DNA of 63,987 nucleotides, filler included, from Catajapyx aquilonaris (lineage: Eukaryota): NCBI GenBank assembly GCA_000934665.2. It is 3 parts of 3 records of this genome, joined end to end, with 100 filler letters (N's around TTAATTAATTAA, not from the genome) between each part and the next. Parts side by side here need not be neighbours in the genome. Positions count along the whole stretch, not along the records: positions 21,635 to 43,140 come from KZ539459.1; 2 more parts are not named here. One strand, 5' to 3'. Both the position numbers and the translations under genes were made by a program. Numbering within the stretch: position 1 is the first letter of the stretch; each line of letters starts with the position of its first letter. The notes under the pieces are model-generated. The model did no database searches and had not been told where the DNA came from. It saw only the letters and a list, made by a program, of their open reading frames with translations. Positions 24,601 to 38,229 of this stretch are shown one piece after another.

Positions 24601-27165
24601 CATACAGCATGGAGGTAGGCATCAAGTCAGTAAATCCAGTTATTCAGTTTTCATGCAGTTTCAGTTGATATCCTCACTTATTTTATATCAAAGCGACTAA
24701 GTCAACTCTCAACACCACGACCTCTGCACCCAGACGTCAGCAGACCTCGGTAAGCCATATCATTCTTCACATGTGACAGTTATGTTATAGGACCTGCTTT
24801 ATATTTTGCTGTGGTATTTTTGTAGTTCCCCCGAGTGGGAGGTGTCTCGGGCGGCATTGAAAGCAGTCCCATCTGAAAGACTTTTAGAGCTTTCTGAACC
24901 AAGATTGGTGATTCCAAAGCCACCAGAACCAGAACGTGAGTGAAACTATTACATGCAATTTTTTCATGTCCATAAGCAGGATGCATAATAAGTCAGCCTT
25001 TGTATATTGCAGCCGAGCCTCATCCAGTTGTTTCAAGCAACTACAGGTGTAGTGAACGTACTGCTCAACTAGCCAAGCCAAAACGAGAACATCCTTATGT
25101 CATGCACCCTGTAGAGCTCCCAATACCTGTTTCTCCAGTAGCTCTGATCGTAAGTCTGTCAAACATAGGGAAAATTTGTACAAGCAGACATTTCTTAATG
25201 GTACTGCATAGTAGTGTACTGCATAGTAGACAAGGCAGCCAGGCAGGGAGGCATGATGGCATAGTGGTTCCCGCCACCTCGGAGATCCCATGTTTGATCC
25301 CCAGGTTGGACAGAGGACTTTCTCACAGGAAAGGGTTTCAATGGGTTCTCTCTATTCTCATATGGGTTTTTCACTGGGTTCTTCAATGTCTTCCCACATA
25401 ATCAAAATCTATCAACAATGAAGTGTGACAGTCATATAGTAATCAGGAATAAAAAGAGGATCCCGTGAGAGGTCACAAGCTCCCAATGACATGTGAACAT
25501 TCATTGAATGTATTATATTTTAACATATTTGCAATTACATACAATTGTTGCAGTCACAAGTGACAAAATTCTTATTTTTTTTTTGAAAACAGGTCCTAAG
25601 GTTCAAATGTTCCACATGTTCCCATTGAGCCTATATTGGTGTATCCCCAGGCTTCAGTTGTGGTGAAGAATTCTTCTGTTAGATTTTTCTCATTCTGAAT
25701 AGTCTGTGGCAAAAAAGTAAATCACTACTGTCATCACTCATACACCTTCCTATACCCACCAACCACCATAAAACATGTGCTGACCATCATCTGGCCTGGG
25801 GTTTGCTTTTGGTATTTTTGTGATTTTCCCTGGTTGCTATACTTTGACACTTTCGGGACAATTTCCACACTTATTCCTCACCCTTACCTAGTATCACATT
25901 AATGTATACTACAATGAATGCCATTTCTGTGCACTGCCATTGCCATCAAAATAATAATGTTCATGTATCTCATTTCTTGGTATTAGAAGCTTTATTGTTT
26001 CATTTTAATAAGCACTCATGCATCATTGATTATGACCATATGTCCCAGTGTCACCAGTGTCACTTCATATAACTTGTCACTTATATGTTATGCAGGGCAA
26101 TTGTGGCACATTCATTTGACATTCACATGATGTTCAATGAATTGATGTGTTACTGGAGTTGAATTGGGTGGTACATAAAGTCAGCTGTCATCATTGGCCA
26201 GCGATGTTTGTGCAACAGAGAATAAATGGCTCCATTTTGCAGTGACATACCACATGACCTCCTCCATATAACCAGTCACCATGAAATATTATGTTTGTGC
26301 CATTATTTTTACATGTTGAGATTATTGCATGAGAGATAAGATCATATAGTCATGTGTAGCTGCCAAAACAACATGCAGCCTCTGGTCACTATCAGCAATA
26401 TTGTTGACATTGGAAGGATAACCAGAATAACATTGCCTGTGTGCGTCATGTTGCATTCATACCAGCTGGGATCAAGGGCTTATATTCACAGTCATGTCAA
26501 TATATACAGGGTTAGGGAATTTTATCTACCTTCGCTTTGGGAAATTATATATAAATGGGTTCTAGGCGATCACTTTGAGTATATGCAACATGGGTCTCCG
26601 ACGCATAGTTACCGAGATACTGTGCATGAAGAAGAAGGTATAAAATATCCTGGCATGTATGTGTCCCTCCACATGACCTTACCTTTTTCATTTAAATTTA
26701 AGGTGTTACCATGTAATTTAATTTTAATTTACGATCCTGTTAGGTGTAGCAGGGAATGTCCTAGGCGATGGAAGTGTCGTAAGCAGTATCCAAAACCTAT
26801 AAGCTGAGATAATGCCATTTTTATTTAATGGTAATTATCTCGGTAACTATGCCTCAGAGACCCATTTTGCATATACTCAAAGTGATCGCCTAGAACCCAT
26901 GTAGCATTTCCCAAAGCGATGGTAGATTAAATTTCCAAACCCTGTATATGCACTCTCAACCCATTAAATTCAAGTCATTGAAATTCCTTATTTGATAGTG
27001 GATATTGGCCTGCAGACATGCAAAAATGCACTGACTTTGCATACTCATATATCCTGAATTCTCTAGTTAACTCTTGGATTATTATATTTTTTACAGGCCA
27101 CATCAAGTCCCCGGATTGATCAGCTTGCTCTCCCAAAATACTACACTCCTAAATACCAGTATTAA
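21636..27165 (+). CDS. THEG: THEG-repeat protein (testicular haploid expressed gene / sperm microtubule-associated protein 2-like), 5'-partial
   Basis: Phase-consistent exons 24439-24614, 24694-24749, 24826-24935, 25013-25149, 27097-27165 (TAA) encode RLSQLSTPR, WEVSRAALKAVPSERLLELSEPR, CSERTAQLAKPK, PVSPVALI-ATSSPRIDQLALPK, which are typical THEG repeats. Upstream pieces 21636-21679 (KLARPK) and 21916-21961 are plausible, but how they join is unresolved. Confidence 0.75.
21996..22183. mobile_element. Tc1-type MITE
   Basis: TA|CGGGGTGACTCTAGAGTCAGGATACATAGGTAATTGGATTGTA ... TACAATCCAATTACCTGTGTATTCTGACTTTAGATTCACCCTG|TA. Confidence 0.8.
22630..23971. mobile_element. Tigger-type MITE split by the RTE insertion
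   Basis: Removing the RTE restores TA|CAATTGAATCTGGATATAACAG ... CTGTTATATCCTGATTCAACTG|TA. Confidence 0.7.
22639..23814 (+). mobile_element. 5'-truncated RTE-clade LINE (ORF C-terminus with in-frame stop, long 3' UTR, GTT-repeat tail)
   Basis: Translates to PSLMYGSEAW, RYLRAVSGVTKLNRIRN, WFGHVERM, KRGKGRPRKTW (RTE post-RT motifs); TSD TTGAAT (22633-22638 / 23815-23820). Confidence 0.88.
25246..25520 (+). mobile_element. Degenerate tRNA-derived SINE with V-domain-like body (family E)
   Basis: Head GGGAGGCATGATGGCATAGTGGTT..GTTTGATCCCC; body ATGGGTTTTTCACTGGGTTCTTCAATGTCTTCCCACATAATCAAAATC resembles the reverse complement of 45090-45130. Confidence 0.5.
26507..26944. mobile_element. Tc1-type MITE with ~110-bp TIRs
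   Basis: TA|CAGGGTTAGGGAATTTTATCTACC..CTAGGCGATCACTTTGAGTATATGCAA / TTGCATATACTCAAAGTGATCGCCTAG..GGTAGATTAAATTTCCAAACCCTG|TA. Confidence 0.85.
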
Positions 27166-27816
27166 AAGCTCATGGATTTTGTAATTTGAAAACCGAAAAA
27201 AAAAACTCAGCAGATCTAAAACCTTGACAGCCTGTCCCATTCATCTTTCACCACAAATACTAGTCTCAGATAGCTTCACTGAGAATTTATAGAGTCAAGC
27301 TATTTTTACTCCCTATGAGTAAATCCTATATCATAGCTCGCAAAATCCACACATATCATGATTAACTTCCACACAGATAATATCCATGACAAATGGGAGT
27401 AGTAAGAAAGGAGCCAAAAATTGCCGTTTTTTTCACCCTTCTTTCTCCTGCTAATCACCTGTCAACAAGCATGACAAGTCAACCATGCAGTGATTCACCA
27501 TAACCTTTGACAGCTTGCAAGAGAATATAAGCTACAGGAATAAATATGTGTGTAACATATCACGAACAGGTCACAAAAGTACGAGAAATAAAATAACATA
27601 TTTTCTTTATCACAGGTGTAGAGATTGTCTAAGCATGAAGTTAAGGATTTACATCACTCTATGAAAACACCATCACGCTAACGACAACTTTATCCGATAT
27701 TCAGGCCTCTACTCGGACGCTAGAACATGTTGCAGCAATCTTTGCCAGCATCCCTCAATGTCCTTAGGATGTTCCCAGGTAAGAATCACACTATGTAGTG
27801 CTTTATTTGGTAGACC

Positions 27817-28099
27817 TACCGAAGCAGTTTGGTGGAGTGGCTATAGGGTCCGACTGCTAATCGGGAGGTCCTGGGTTCGAGCCCCGGGGCCGGCAACTCT
27901 AACCGTGGTTTGCTGTGGTTTCCCACAGTCCCTCCAGGAGAATTCCGGGGTTGCTTCCTAATTTAAAAGGCCACAGCCGCCTCCTTCCCTCCCTATCCTA
28001 TCCCAAAAAGCAAAACGTAAACATGTAAGCAAGAGTTCCAGACAAAACAAAAATCCCCCCTAAAGAGCCAAAAAAGGCTGATAATGGGGTAAGATATTC

Positions 28100-28163
<64 letters not shown>
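27817..28163 (+). mobile_element. tRNA-derived SINE, family D
   Basis: 13-bp TSD TATTTGGTAGACC; B-box GGTTCGAGCCC; long (TAT)n tail; matches 16348-16641. Confidence 0.87.
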
Positions 28164-28167
<4 letters not shown>

Positions 28168-30313
28168 TGGTAGACCACAACAAAGCATGTGAAATAAAAG
28201 ATCATGTTTATTTTAGATTCGGGTACAAAGAGGCTTACACAGGACATTGAAGCCCTCAATACCCAGAGAAGATGATTGTGTATTTCTCCTAAACTTACGG
28301 AATGCAAGAATTGAATCCTTAGACCCTTCATATGACCAAATCAGCACCACCATCCTGACTCTTAGGTTTGCCTCACATATTATGGACCTTTTTAGTAGTA
28401 TTAGTAGTAAGACACGTGAAATGTTTGGAATCAACCATCCTGTTAATTGTAGGTTTGGGCATGTTTTAATTCAACTTCACTCTGAAGAACAGAGTTTATA
28501 TGGAGATGGAGAGAGCTGAGAGTCACTTACTATCCAACAGTTCTGATCTGGTGAGGAAGATAGTGGACCACATTGAGGAGGGAGATAGGCCAGCAAATTA
28601 GACGAACCACTATTATCCATGGATCTCCATACAGGCACTCTTAGCAGTCCAAACTGTGACTTTCTCACGAAGAAATCGCAACCCAAACTACAGCCTACCT
28701 GACAACAGCATGAAATTATCAAGAGAACCTGCTTAAGTATCAAGTTGCAATCAATTCCACATTGAACATCTAAGAATAATTTTGAAAGCAGTACTTTAAC
28801 AAAATATTAGGTACCACACACCTCACCCGCATGCAAAAAAAAAAAAAAAGAAAGAAAGAATACAAAATGCCTTTTGCACCAAATCATTTTGCTTACATTT
28901 TAGGGTTGGGGAAAGATTCAAGTTCCTCAGTTTTTTTACTATTTCAGGTTGAAATCATCACAGTCATGGTATGAAATACACAATATCCATGGACTCTTAA
29001 GCAGCATTTTTGAATGTTGTTTCTAACACTGCCAAACACAGTTGTCCTATCAGTGGACTAACGTGACCATTACATCATCCCACAGATGAAAGCCCTCTTA
29101 CCTGATTCACCAAGCAACTGTATCACTTGCTTCATTGGTGGTTTGAAATTGATTATTTTTACCTATGTACAGTACTTCTTCATATTACAAAGACAATAAT
29201 GATAATCAGATGGCAGTATGTCACAATGGTGAAGTTGGTGGTCCAAATGCTTCCAATCTATTTGTATGGCAGATAGAGGACAATATGAGGCAAATTTTGA
29301 CACCAATGTGATGACATTTGACTTTCGCCTTTCATTCTAAAATTACATTTTTTGCAAAAATCTCGCTTTTTGACATTAATTTGCACAGCTGTCAGGTTGT
29401 GAACATTTTTATCCAAAAGAGGAGTCAATTTCACATGTGAAACATGTATTACATCATGCATTTACACTGTCAGGTAAATGTAATAGGAGGGCGCCCCTAA
29501 ATGTGATAAAAGTACAATTAGCACATGTAGATAGGCAACCACGCAACCAGGGGTCAAATCCTTATGGGAAAGGGCCTAACTTGACCTGGACTAAAACATA
29601 TCTCACACTCACCGACAGGCAAATTTTTTTGTGCAAAACGTGCTTCACTTCGCGTGGAATTGCCCACATCTAAATAAATTATTATTTGTGTATGTTATGA
29701 GCATGAACAAACCTTTTTTTCTGAATTATAGGCATACAAACGTAGTTACAAAATCATCACCTAATTCATCATCACTCTGTTCAGCCGTACTGCTGCACTT
29801 TAATGACTTTTACTAATGTAGGTCACATTCAGGCACTACTACTTTGCCAAACGCATGACATCGTTGTACTTTTGTCATTAACATGCAGCTAGGGCCTTCG
29901 TAGGGCAATTTTATGTTATCAAAACTTATTCGAACCCAGAATCACTCAGATAGGGAGATCTAAGAGAAACTATGAAGCAGCATGGGCATGTCTGGTTCTT
30001 GCACCAAAATGTCGGGCAAGATCTGACATTTTACCCTATATTTCCTCAGTGGAGGACGTGATAGGTCTGATATTTGAACCAAAACATTCAGAATGGTCCC
30101 CAAGATGGCAGATCGAATCACCCACAACTCATTTTTGGCCAGAGGTAGGCGAATCTGGTTTTTGCACCAAACCCTTCATTTGTCCTCAATACCTCCATGG
30201 ACCATGGATGCCGCTGACTAAGACATCTCTTCATCTTTTGCCATATGTTCTCTATGGGATTCATGTCTGGGAGCCATGTTAGGAGGGCAGTCCTATGCTA
30301 TGCTCCTCATTCG

Positions 30314-30520
30314 CAGTGGCAGATCTATGGGGGTTGCTGTGTGTGTGTGTGTGTGTGTGTGGGATCGCCCCCCCCCCCCCCCCAAGCTAAGCAAAAAAAA
30401 AAAAAANNNNNNNNNNNNNNNNNNNNNNNNNNNNNNNNNNNNNNNNNNNNNNNNNNGGGGGGGGGGGGGAGCGCGGTGACAAATCACTCCCCCCAACAAC
30501 GACGTCTAGATCCGCCTCTG
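30314..30520. mobile_element. hAT-type MITE spanning a 50-N gap
   Basis: CAGTGGCAGATCTA ... TAGATCCGCCTCTG with 8-bp TSD CTCATTCG (30306-30313 / 30521-30528). The TSD indicates that the N-run 30407-30456 is a genuine intra-scaffold gap. Confidence 0.8.
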
Positions 30521-33202
30521 CTCATTCGCTTGGTGCTTTTTGCAGTGTGGAAAGTGGCGCTGTACTGCTGTTAAAGAAATTCTTCCTCTGCATGCAACAA
30601 TGGAATGGATGGGAGAAGGCTTCTATCCAGCACTTCCTGGTATCCCAAAGAATTCATGGTCCTGTTGATCAAGTACAGTTGTTCCCTACATTATGGTCAA
30701 TAATAATGAGTAATAAGTCTTGAGTGCAAATTTTATTTCTTGTGTGTGGCAAGCACTGTCATACATAGATTTATATTGCAACCACATACGAGTTTTACCT
30801 GCTGTTAAAACAGTTTCAAACAGTGAACAGGAAGCAAGCAATAATTACCCAGGCGTTACAGAGTATCACACCCCACATTTTGACATGAACATATGAAGCT
30901 TTCAGAGGACATATTGAATGTTTTAAATCCTTGTAGGAACCATACTTATTCCATCAGTTCATCAGTCAAGGAACTCGATCATATAGAGCAGAGTACAACT
31001 AAATGCCATGTGTTCATCCTCAAGCACTATCAAGAGAATTTGTGATCACTAATGATGAGGTCTGCTTAGTACAAAGCAACATGAATGAGCCTCAATCAGT
31101 AATGACAATCACTGAAAGAAAATCATCAATACCCATAATGACAGGAACTTTTGCACCAATCCTGTAGTACCAGTATGCAATGAAACTGCATTGTCATTTA
31201 TTTCAGCTGACACAGACTGCATTGATCTCTCTTGCTCACTACTTGTCCAAACCTTACTCTTACAAATACAAAAAGTATGAAAATAAAATAAAGCCTGCAG
31301 TTCTAAGACCCAAGTGCATTTACATTGATTTGTATAAGACCAAATTATGTGAAATGGCATTTAATATTCCTCATGGTTTCACAAGGGGAAACTTATTCAG
31401 CTGCCATTACTATGGTGCAATGTGCTCTGAAGTAAACTTATACATAATAAAAAATAAATATACATTGTTGATCCAACAAATATCCCCACATTTTCATTTT
31501 ATAGATAACAAATTCCTATGAGATTAATCATGCACCACTGCATGCTTACTTCCTTCAGATACGCTGTCACATCTGCAAATGATGGGGGCAAATGAACTTG
31601 CAAAGCTCCAATGAGTTGACTGGGAAACTAGTCATGGCTCTGATGCCATGTGACGATACAATGGTGGACATCACAGATATTCAATACAGTATTGAACATT
31701 CATGTTGAAGTATAAACAACTCCACTTTCCCAGCAAACTCACTGAAGCTTTGCAACACTAATTGTTGCCGTCATTTTGTCTGTGACATTCCTACCCTAGT
31801 GCTACCGTTCATTTTGTGAGGCTTGCATAGGCTTTGTTCACACTTACTCTTAACACCCTGACCAGCAGAACTAATAGAATGCAAATTGCTTTATAAATAA
31901 AAAAAAACTATCACTTTAATACAACAAAACATTACCCTAAGTCTGATACCTTTGAAAAGTCAAAAAAGCTAGCTTGTATCAAATTGCCTGACACTGTCCT
32001 CACTCATGGATTCCATAGCAAAGAGCTATGCATGTGGAAGAACAGGCATCACATTTAAACACTTGCATGCACTTTAGAATCAACTGAGATTCCCGTCAAA
32101 TACATTTACCATAAACTTAAAAATGTCACAATTTCTACCTGTCATACACAAGAACTGCAAATGTTTGCTGCTTTTGGTAGCATTTAGATACAAGAGCATT
32201 CAGCTGTTCATTCATATGGAAGATATTACTTTTCAACTGGAAAGACAATTTGTCTGCATGAACAACTAATTTTTGTGCATATGAACAGAAAGTATGACAC
32301 AAGTAACAGAAATCATTGTTGGACAGTGTTTTACAACTTTTGAATCAAGGAAATTAGTTATCACTTTTGTATTGTGAAGATATGTAACATGTTAGAGCTT
32401 CTACCCCTTCAATCACGAGAGTCACCAGTAGTGCATCATGGTAGAAATGATTCACACCAGTGGCAAAGAACACACTCTTCCAGTGCAAGCATGAGGGTCT
32501 AATGAGTTTCAGTTGAGAGGCCCGGAGGTGATACGTTAATGTGAACATGTGGACATAACTGCTCTTTCCAGATGAAAATTCTGGAACCATGATCAGTTAG
32601 TACCTCCTGAAGACCCAGACTCAAGTGCTTCACTAGAAGCCTATGCCCTTTGCCATGGCTCTCCCTCCTCTGTCATTACATACTGGAAATTGCCTGCAAC
32701 TGACTGTAATACAGTTAAAACATTCAACTCCCTACAATGGCCTGCAGTTGTAAAGAAAAGCCCTTAGAAAAGTCTGTACTCAATTCTACTGCTGACAGCA
32801 GCGGCTAAAATTGTAAATTCCTCCACATCAACGGTAACAATAAAAGGTAGCCACCTTGGGAAACATTTATGATACTACTGTACAAAACAACTGTGGTCAT
32901 TACTACAAATTGGCTCCAAACATTCAGTTAGAATCTCCCTGTATTGATCCAAGCCTAGTCATGCTACATCATCACAGCAAACCCAGTAGATAGAAAGTGG
33001 AGAGCAAGGATCAGTCTCTTTGAATTCGAGGCACTGTACATTTGGAGGAGATTGACATATCACAGGGACCACACACACACATACACATACAGGAGATCAT
33101 ACTAGAGAGCCACATGTTCCACGTTATGTCTTAATCCCTTTGAGCATTGTAACTGATGATAACGCAATAAAAATGCATCATGATGTATTAGACTATACAT
33201 GA

Positions 33203-36200
33203 CTACTCAAAGCTCATGAGATTGGTGGGAAGTGCATCATGATGACTCTGGTTTCCTCGAACAGCCTCTTCCAGATATCGACACCACAGTAACACTACGC
33301 TTTCACTTGGTGCTCGAAATTTGTACACATCCCCTGAAGAATAAACACAATATATTGTCAACAATCTTGACGCAAAACAGACTAATGCCTATATCATTAA
33401 TTGGCGTACTAACCTGACACAGGATTGGCGAGGTGAAAGCAGTCTGGTTGCAGTACATCACCTTGATACACATCCCAACCTACTATTGAAGCCATTTTGC
33501 AGAGGTCATGTTTGAAGTCCGCTCGCTCACATCTGCAAAAATAATATGAAGTCAATGCCATGTACAAATTTAACTGAAGAACCTGTTCAAAGGAGAGCTG
33601 AAGTGCTGGATGAATCAGCGCAAGATTCAGAATCAGGTACAGGCTGCACCCTTGCTATTAATTGTCAAGGTCTATGCTCCCAACAATAACAAGGGCAAAC
33701 CCATACATGAACCTAGCACTGGTGCAACCCTCTCTAACATAATAATTGACAATAATTGACATTTGCACCAATGCAATGGCTGGTGAGCAGGCCTACTCAA
33801 GCACAAAAAATTGCAAGCTAGGACTTTTCTTATCAGCGTCTTTGTGACATACAGGTGACTGAGATGGCCATATATATCTACAAGCGTGCTCACAGTTGCA
33901 GCTTATGAAAGCAATGAATGGTTACCCTGCACTAGGAGGAATAACCTAATGAGCTACAGAGCAGGCAAAATAAAGAGAGAATTTATTAATTAATGCATTT
34001 TCACCAGGTTTGCCATGAGACCCATAGGGTTAAATGGGCTTTCCAACAGTGAGTGTGTTTACATGAGACTAAAAATCGGCCTGGCACAGGCCCCCTATGC
34101 AAGGCCTGTCTACACAAAGCTTGCTCCCACTTTTGCCACTGCACATGGGACTGACTCTCTTGCTGGAAAGGTAGCCCCGGAAGCCCACTCGGAAGCAAGA
34201 CTTCCCTCCCGGGCTGTCCCCTCCACCCAATCCAAAAAGCTTGGGTTGAGCCCACTACCAGCTCTGATGGGCTCATCAGCTAAAGCTGGTCCAACATAGG
34301 CCCAGTGGCTACATGGGAGTAAACCAGTTCACCTAGCATAGGCAGCCATAGCTAGGCCAATTTTTAGTCCCATGTAAACCCACTCAGTATGTGCAATTCC
34401 ACAATCACCTTGAAGGTGAGTTCACAGAAGAATGAGCAATGTCATTATGTTCTAATGTTTAAGCTAAGTCATGAATTTGGTATCTCAGCCATCCCCACTT
34501 GGTTTAATCTTACCCTACATGTCATCCATCACACCTGAGCAAACTTTCCTCATCTTCCTTTCTCAAGGTTACAAGATCCAATGAAACAATGTTAACACCA
34601 AATAAAATTGGGGACTGCCTACTTCTCAGAATCTCCCGAAGGTTTTCACAAGTTACATACAACTTACCCTCTGAGGGAGCGAGGTGCATAATACACAAGT
34701 GATGTTCCCCACAGCTGCACCCAATACCGCTGCCAACCAGTCATGATTGTGGGTCTCTTTCCATCTCGAAGTACCTTCTTGCGTTTCAGGTAGCCTTGGA
34801 ATGAGCAACAAGCTGCAGCTCCAAGAGACAAGTCTTCTACGCTGCTTGCCAACAAATTACTGAAAAATCACATTGTCCATTATTCATTCTCAAAAGAAAT
34901 TGTTTACAACCTACATATCGAAGTACAGTACTACCACTGCACTGATGTGCAATATTACAATACATGAAATGGGTTCAATATTTTCAAAATATACAGTGTG
35001 TTCCAACAGAAATGTCAGCATCGCTCAATGCCCTTTTGACATTAAACTGCTTATTATTTACTATGGACTATGGGCAATTTAGTTGCAACATACCCTACTC
35101 CTAAATATAATATCATTTTAACTCTGTTGAACCAATGAAATGCAGAGCATTTACAATGATATTGTGTAGTTTTTTTGTTTGTTTGTTTGTTTGTTTTTTA
35201 AATACCCTGTGCTAGGCATCAAAGGCCTCTTTGGGGGGTGGGACACCACCATCAGTTTTCTCTGTGTATTTACACTTTTTTCTTCATTCACCGGTGCAAG
35301 GAGTCAAGGATGTCGGGTAGGGGTAGGGATTTTTTGGGGAGGGAACATAGGCGCAAGTGCAATGTCGGTAAAGGGGTCATGTGCAGTCCCCCAGGAGGTT
35401 AGGTTGCCAGACACCTCCTTGGTGCAGGTCAGAGACCCTCCTGACGCAGGTGAAAGGAAAGTTCCCCAGGCGGGGATCGAACCTGGGGCCTTTCACTCAG
35501 CAAGCCGTGACGTTACCATCTCGGCCACCACACTTCCCCGATATTGTGTAGTTACTTATAGTTATAACTGATCACATGTGACCAAACACATAGTGTCAGT
35601 CCTGTTTTTAAACGAGTTTACCAGAATGAATTATAGCCTGAGATTTACCAACACATCATGAATAAAATGTAATTTTCCTGTTGTTCAGTTTTCCTATAAA
35701 TATTGCTGAACACCAACAGCAATAGGCTACTCTTATTAAGTCTCCTTACCATCAAGCAGTATGAACAGTTTTACAGAGTAAAATGAAAACGTAAAACATT
35801 ATTTGAGGGAAATGGGACAGACGTAATATTTTTGTAGACATCATATTTGACAATGTCACCACTCTCACTCCTCCTCTATTTCCGGATTTTCCAACCTAAA
35901 AATTTGGCTCCTAATAACGTGTATGGGACTCAGTCATTACCCCTAGTGGTGGCCAAATGTTAACATGTTTAAAAATACGAGGGCGTTCAGAAAGTCTTTG
36001 CACTTTATTTTTTTGCCACAAATACAAGGCCCTTGCTGGTCGGCAGATAGGCACACATTATTGATAGAACTCTCCTGGAGCCGAAGGCACTGGCATCATA
36101 GATATGTCAACCTCTCCAGGACCTCCAAGAACCACTTTTTGGTGATGCGGTGCACACCACTCCCGGACAACTGCTCACAGTCAACAACTGTCAACAATGT

Positions 36201-38229
36201 CCTCGAAATGGCGTCGGCGAAGGGTTTTTTCATGGATCCAGGTTTGGATGCTTCCACACCCGCCATACTCCCCGGGCTTGGCCCCCAGTGACTTTGCACC
36301 TGTTTGGACCCATGAAAAAACCTATTTGCCAATGCCATTTCAAGGACATTGTTGAACAGGAAGCAGTTGTCCAGGATTGGGTGAGCAGCACCTCCAAAAC
36401 TTGGTTCCAGAAGAGCCTGGAGAGGTTGACATACCTATGATGCCAGTGCATTCGACTCCAGGAGGGTTCTATCGATAATGTGTGCCTCTCTGCCGACCTG
36501 CAGGAGCCCCTGTACAGGGTGTCCCTAAATGATTGTCAACTTTTGAAAGTTGCTTAATTTCTATTAGATGAGGTGTGCAATGACAACACATACATAGAAC
36601 GAAAGACCACATTTGGGAGTTTTTATTGCACACTGAAAAGTTGGTTCCGCACTTTGACGCGAGGCACACAGGGCCACTCCACAAAATGGTGTCTCTCGAA
36701 CAGAAAACGTTCAGTGTCCTGCAGTTTGCAAAGCTTGGTTCGGTAGTTACTGTTCAGCAGTCCTTCCGACAACAGTACGGACGACGTTACGCGCCTCCCT
36801 ACAATAATTCAACGGTGGTTCCAGAAGTTTCAGACGACGGGATGCCTTTGCAAGGGCAAGGATCGGCGGATCGGACATGCCGGTCAGCAAGATCAGGTTT
36901 TTCTCCAGTGGCCGCCAAGTGCTCCCGACCTCACCCCATGTGCCTTTTTCCTCTGGGGGTATATGTAAAGGACCAGGTCTTCGTACCACGGCTACCTACC
37001 AGCCTGTGTGAGTTGAAACGCAGGATTGTTGCTGCTTTGGAATCAATCACACCAGACATGCTGGCCTGTGTAGAGAATTGGACTATCATGTCGTGTGACA
37101 AAAGGTGCTCATATTGAGCACTTGTAGTGTGTGCAATAAAAACTCCCAAATGTGCTCTTTCGTTCTATGTCTGTCTTGTCATTGCACACCGCAACTAATA
37201 GAAATTAAACAACTTTCAAATGTTGACAATCATTTAGGGACACCCTGTATTTGTGGCAAAAATATAAAGTGGAAAGTCTTCTGAAATCCTCTCGTACATC
37301 CCTGATTCCGGTATTCGGTTGTAAATTTGACACGTGACAGACACACAGAATGTTTTTTAAAGCCATCGGTCAGTGCTGTTTTTGACTTCCCCTTCTCTGC
37401 CACATGAAATATACACTGTACTCTCAATTACCCTCCTGCGGATTATCCGTGCAATGCCAAACCAAAGGACAATAAATAAAGTGTCTGAAAAAATATCAAT
37501 ATTTCTCGCCAAGAAATATAGCATACTTTTTTCCACAAGACAAACTAAAAATGGGTCGGATGTTTCATTGTTTTTATTAAACCTTCAGCCACAAATTAAG
37601 GTTAATTTAATTAAGGTTAAGTCCTTGAAGAATGCGTATTATACGCAAAAGGATGGTAAAATGCGCCAAAATTCATTTCCACCTCAACAGATGGTCATGC
37701 TACGTAAAGGAGGGGTGGTTTGACCACCATACCACCGTGGCCATAGCGGGAAATAAAATGAGAAAAGGTGGTTTCCCTGAGTAACCACTTTGGCTGAAAG
37801 GGTTAAAGCAGCTTACAGTATGGACAATAGTTCATGTAAAATATCTGAAAAGCTCACTTTTATGGTATCTAAAACTATTCCCTGATTATCTGTGTCTTTC
37901 GATTATCTGGCGACACCCATGCAGTCATTAGCCCGGATAATCGGGAGTACAGTGTAGCTAGTCAAAATAATTGAGACCCTCAAGAAAATCTTAATTTTCA
38001 CCACTTCTCTTCCAACAACTCACCTGCTTTGATTATTCTGTTCCTCCTTAGCTAATTGCTTCCCTGACAAAGGCTGACTAGCTGCAGACTTTTCAAGACT
38101 GGCTGTGGATCCAGCACTGTTGGGCTCTTCTAGTACCGAGTCATCCAAAAGGTGGCGAGGCTTATCCATGATACTTCCATTAAATAATGAGCATGCTGAA
38201 TGTGTTGAGGTGTTTAGGCCATTATGCTT
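33203..38229 (-). CDS. RALGPS: Ras-specific guanine nucleotide-releasing factor RalGPS1/2 homolog, C-terminal part (PH domain)
   Basis: Minus-strand exons 38229-38024 (KPRHLLDDSVLE), 34859-34668 (QGYLKRKKVLRDGKRP..WQRYWVQLWGTSLVYY), 33532-33414 (DFKHDLCKMASIVGW), 33333-33203 (GDVYKFRA..LPTNLMSFE*). Phases are consistent and the RHLLDDSV and NLMSFE motifs are characteristic of RalGPS. RasGEF exons were not identified and probably lie beyond the scaffold end. Confidence 0.9.
34050..34386. mobile_element. PIF/Harbinger-like MITE
   Basis: TGAGTGTGTTTACATGAGACTAAAAATCGGCCT ... AGGCCAATTTTTAGTCCCATGTAAACCCACTCA inverted ends. Confidence 0.6.
35172..35539 (-). mobile_element. tRNA-derived SINE, family A (full length)
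   Basis: 14-bp TSD GATATTGTGTAGTT; A and B boxes on minus; (AAAC)n tail. Confidence 0.9.
35978..37294. mobile_element. mariner-derived palindromic element with a nested Tc1-like insertion
   Basis: TA|CGAGGGCGTTCAGAAAGTCTT..TTTGCCACAAATACA / TGTATTTGTGGCAAA..CTTCTGAAATCCTCTCG|TA; both arms are mariner 3' ends (HPPYSP remnant near 36257). Confidence 0.8.
36515..37247 (+). mobile_element. Internally deleted Tc1/mariner-superfamily transposon
   Basis: TIRs CAGGGTGTCCCTAAATGATTGTCAAC with TA TSD. Remnants MVSLEQKTFSVLQFAKLGSVVTVQQSFRQQY (N-terminal HTH) and WPPSAPDLTP..FFLWG..YVKDQVF (catalytic C-terminus). Confidence 0.85.
37581..37802. mobile_element. piggyBac-like MITE
   Basis: TTAA|ACCTTCAGCCA ... 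TGGCTGAAAGGG|TTAA. Confidence 0.55.

Noticed and set aside
27616..27778. Extra plus-strand exon with good splice signals after the THEG stop
   Set aside because: All three frames are closed; a non-coding exon cannot be supported without RNA data.
27993..28331. Poly-Ile/poly-Tyr ORFs (also 49137-49463)
   Set aside because: Translations of (TAT/ATA)n SINE tails.
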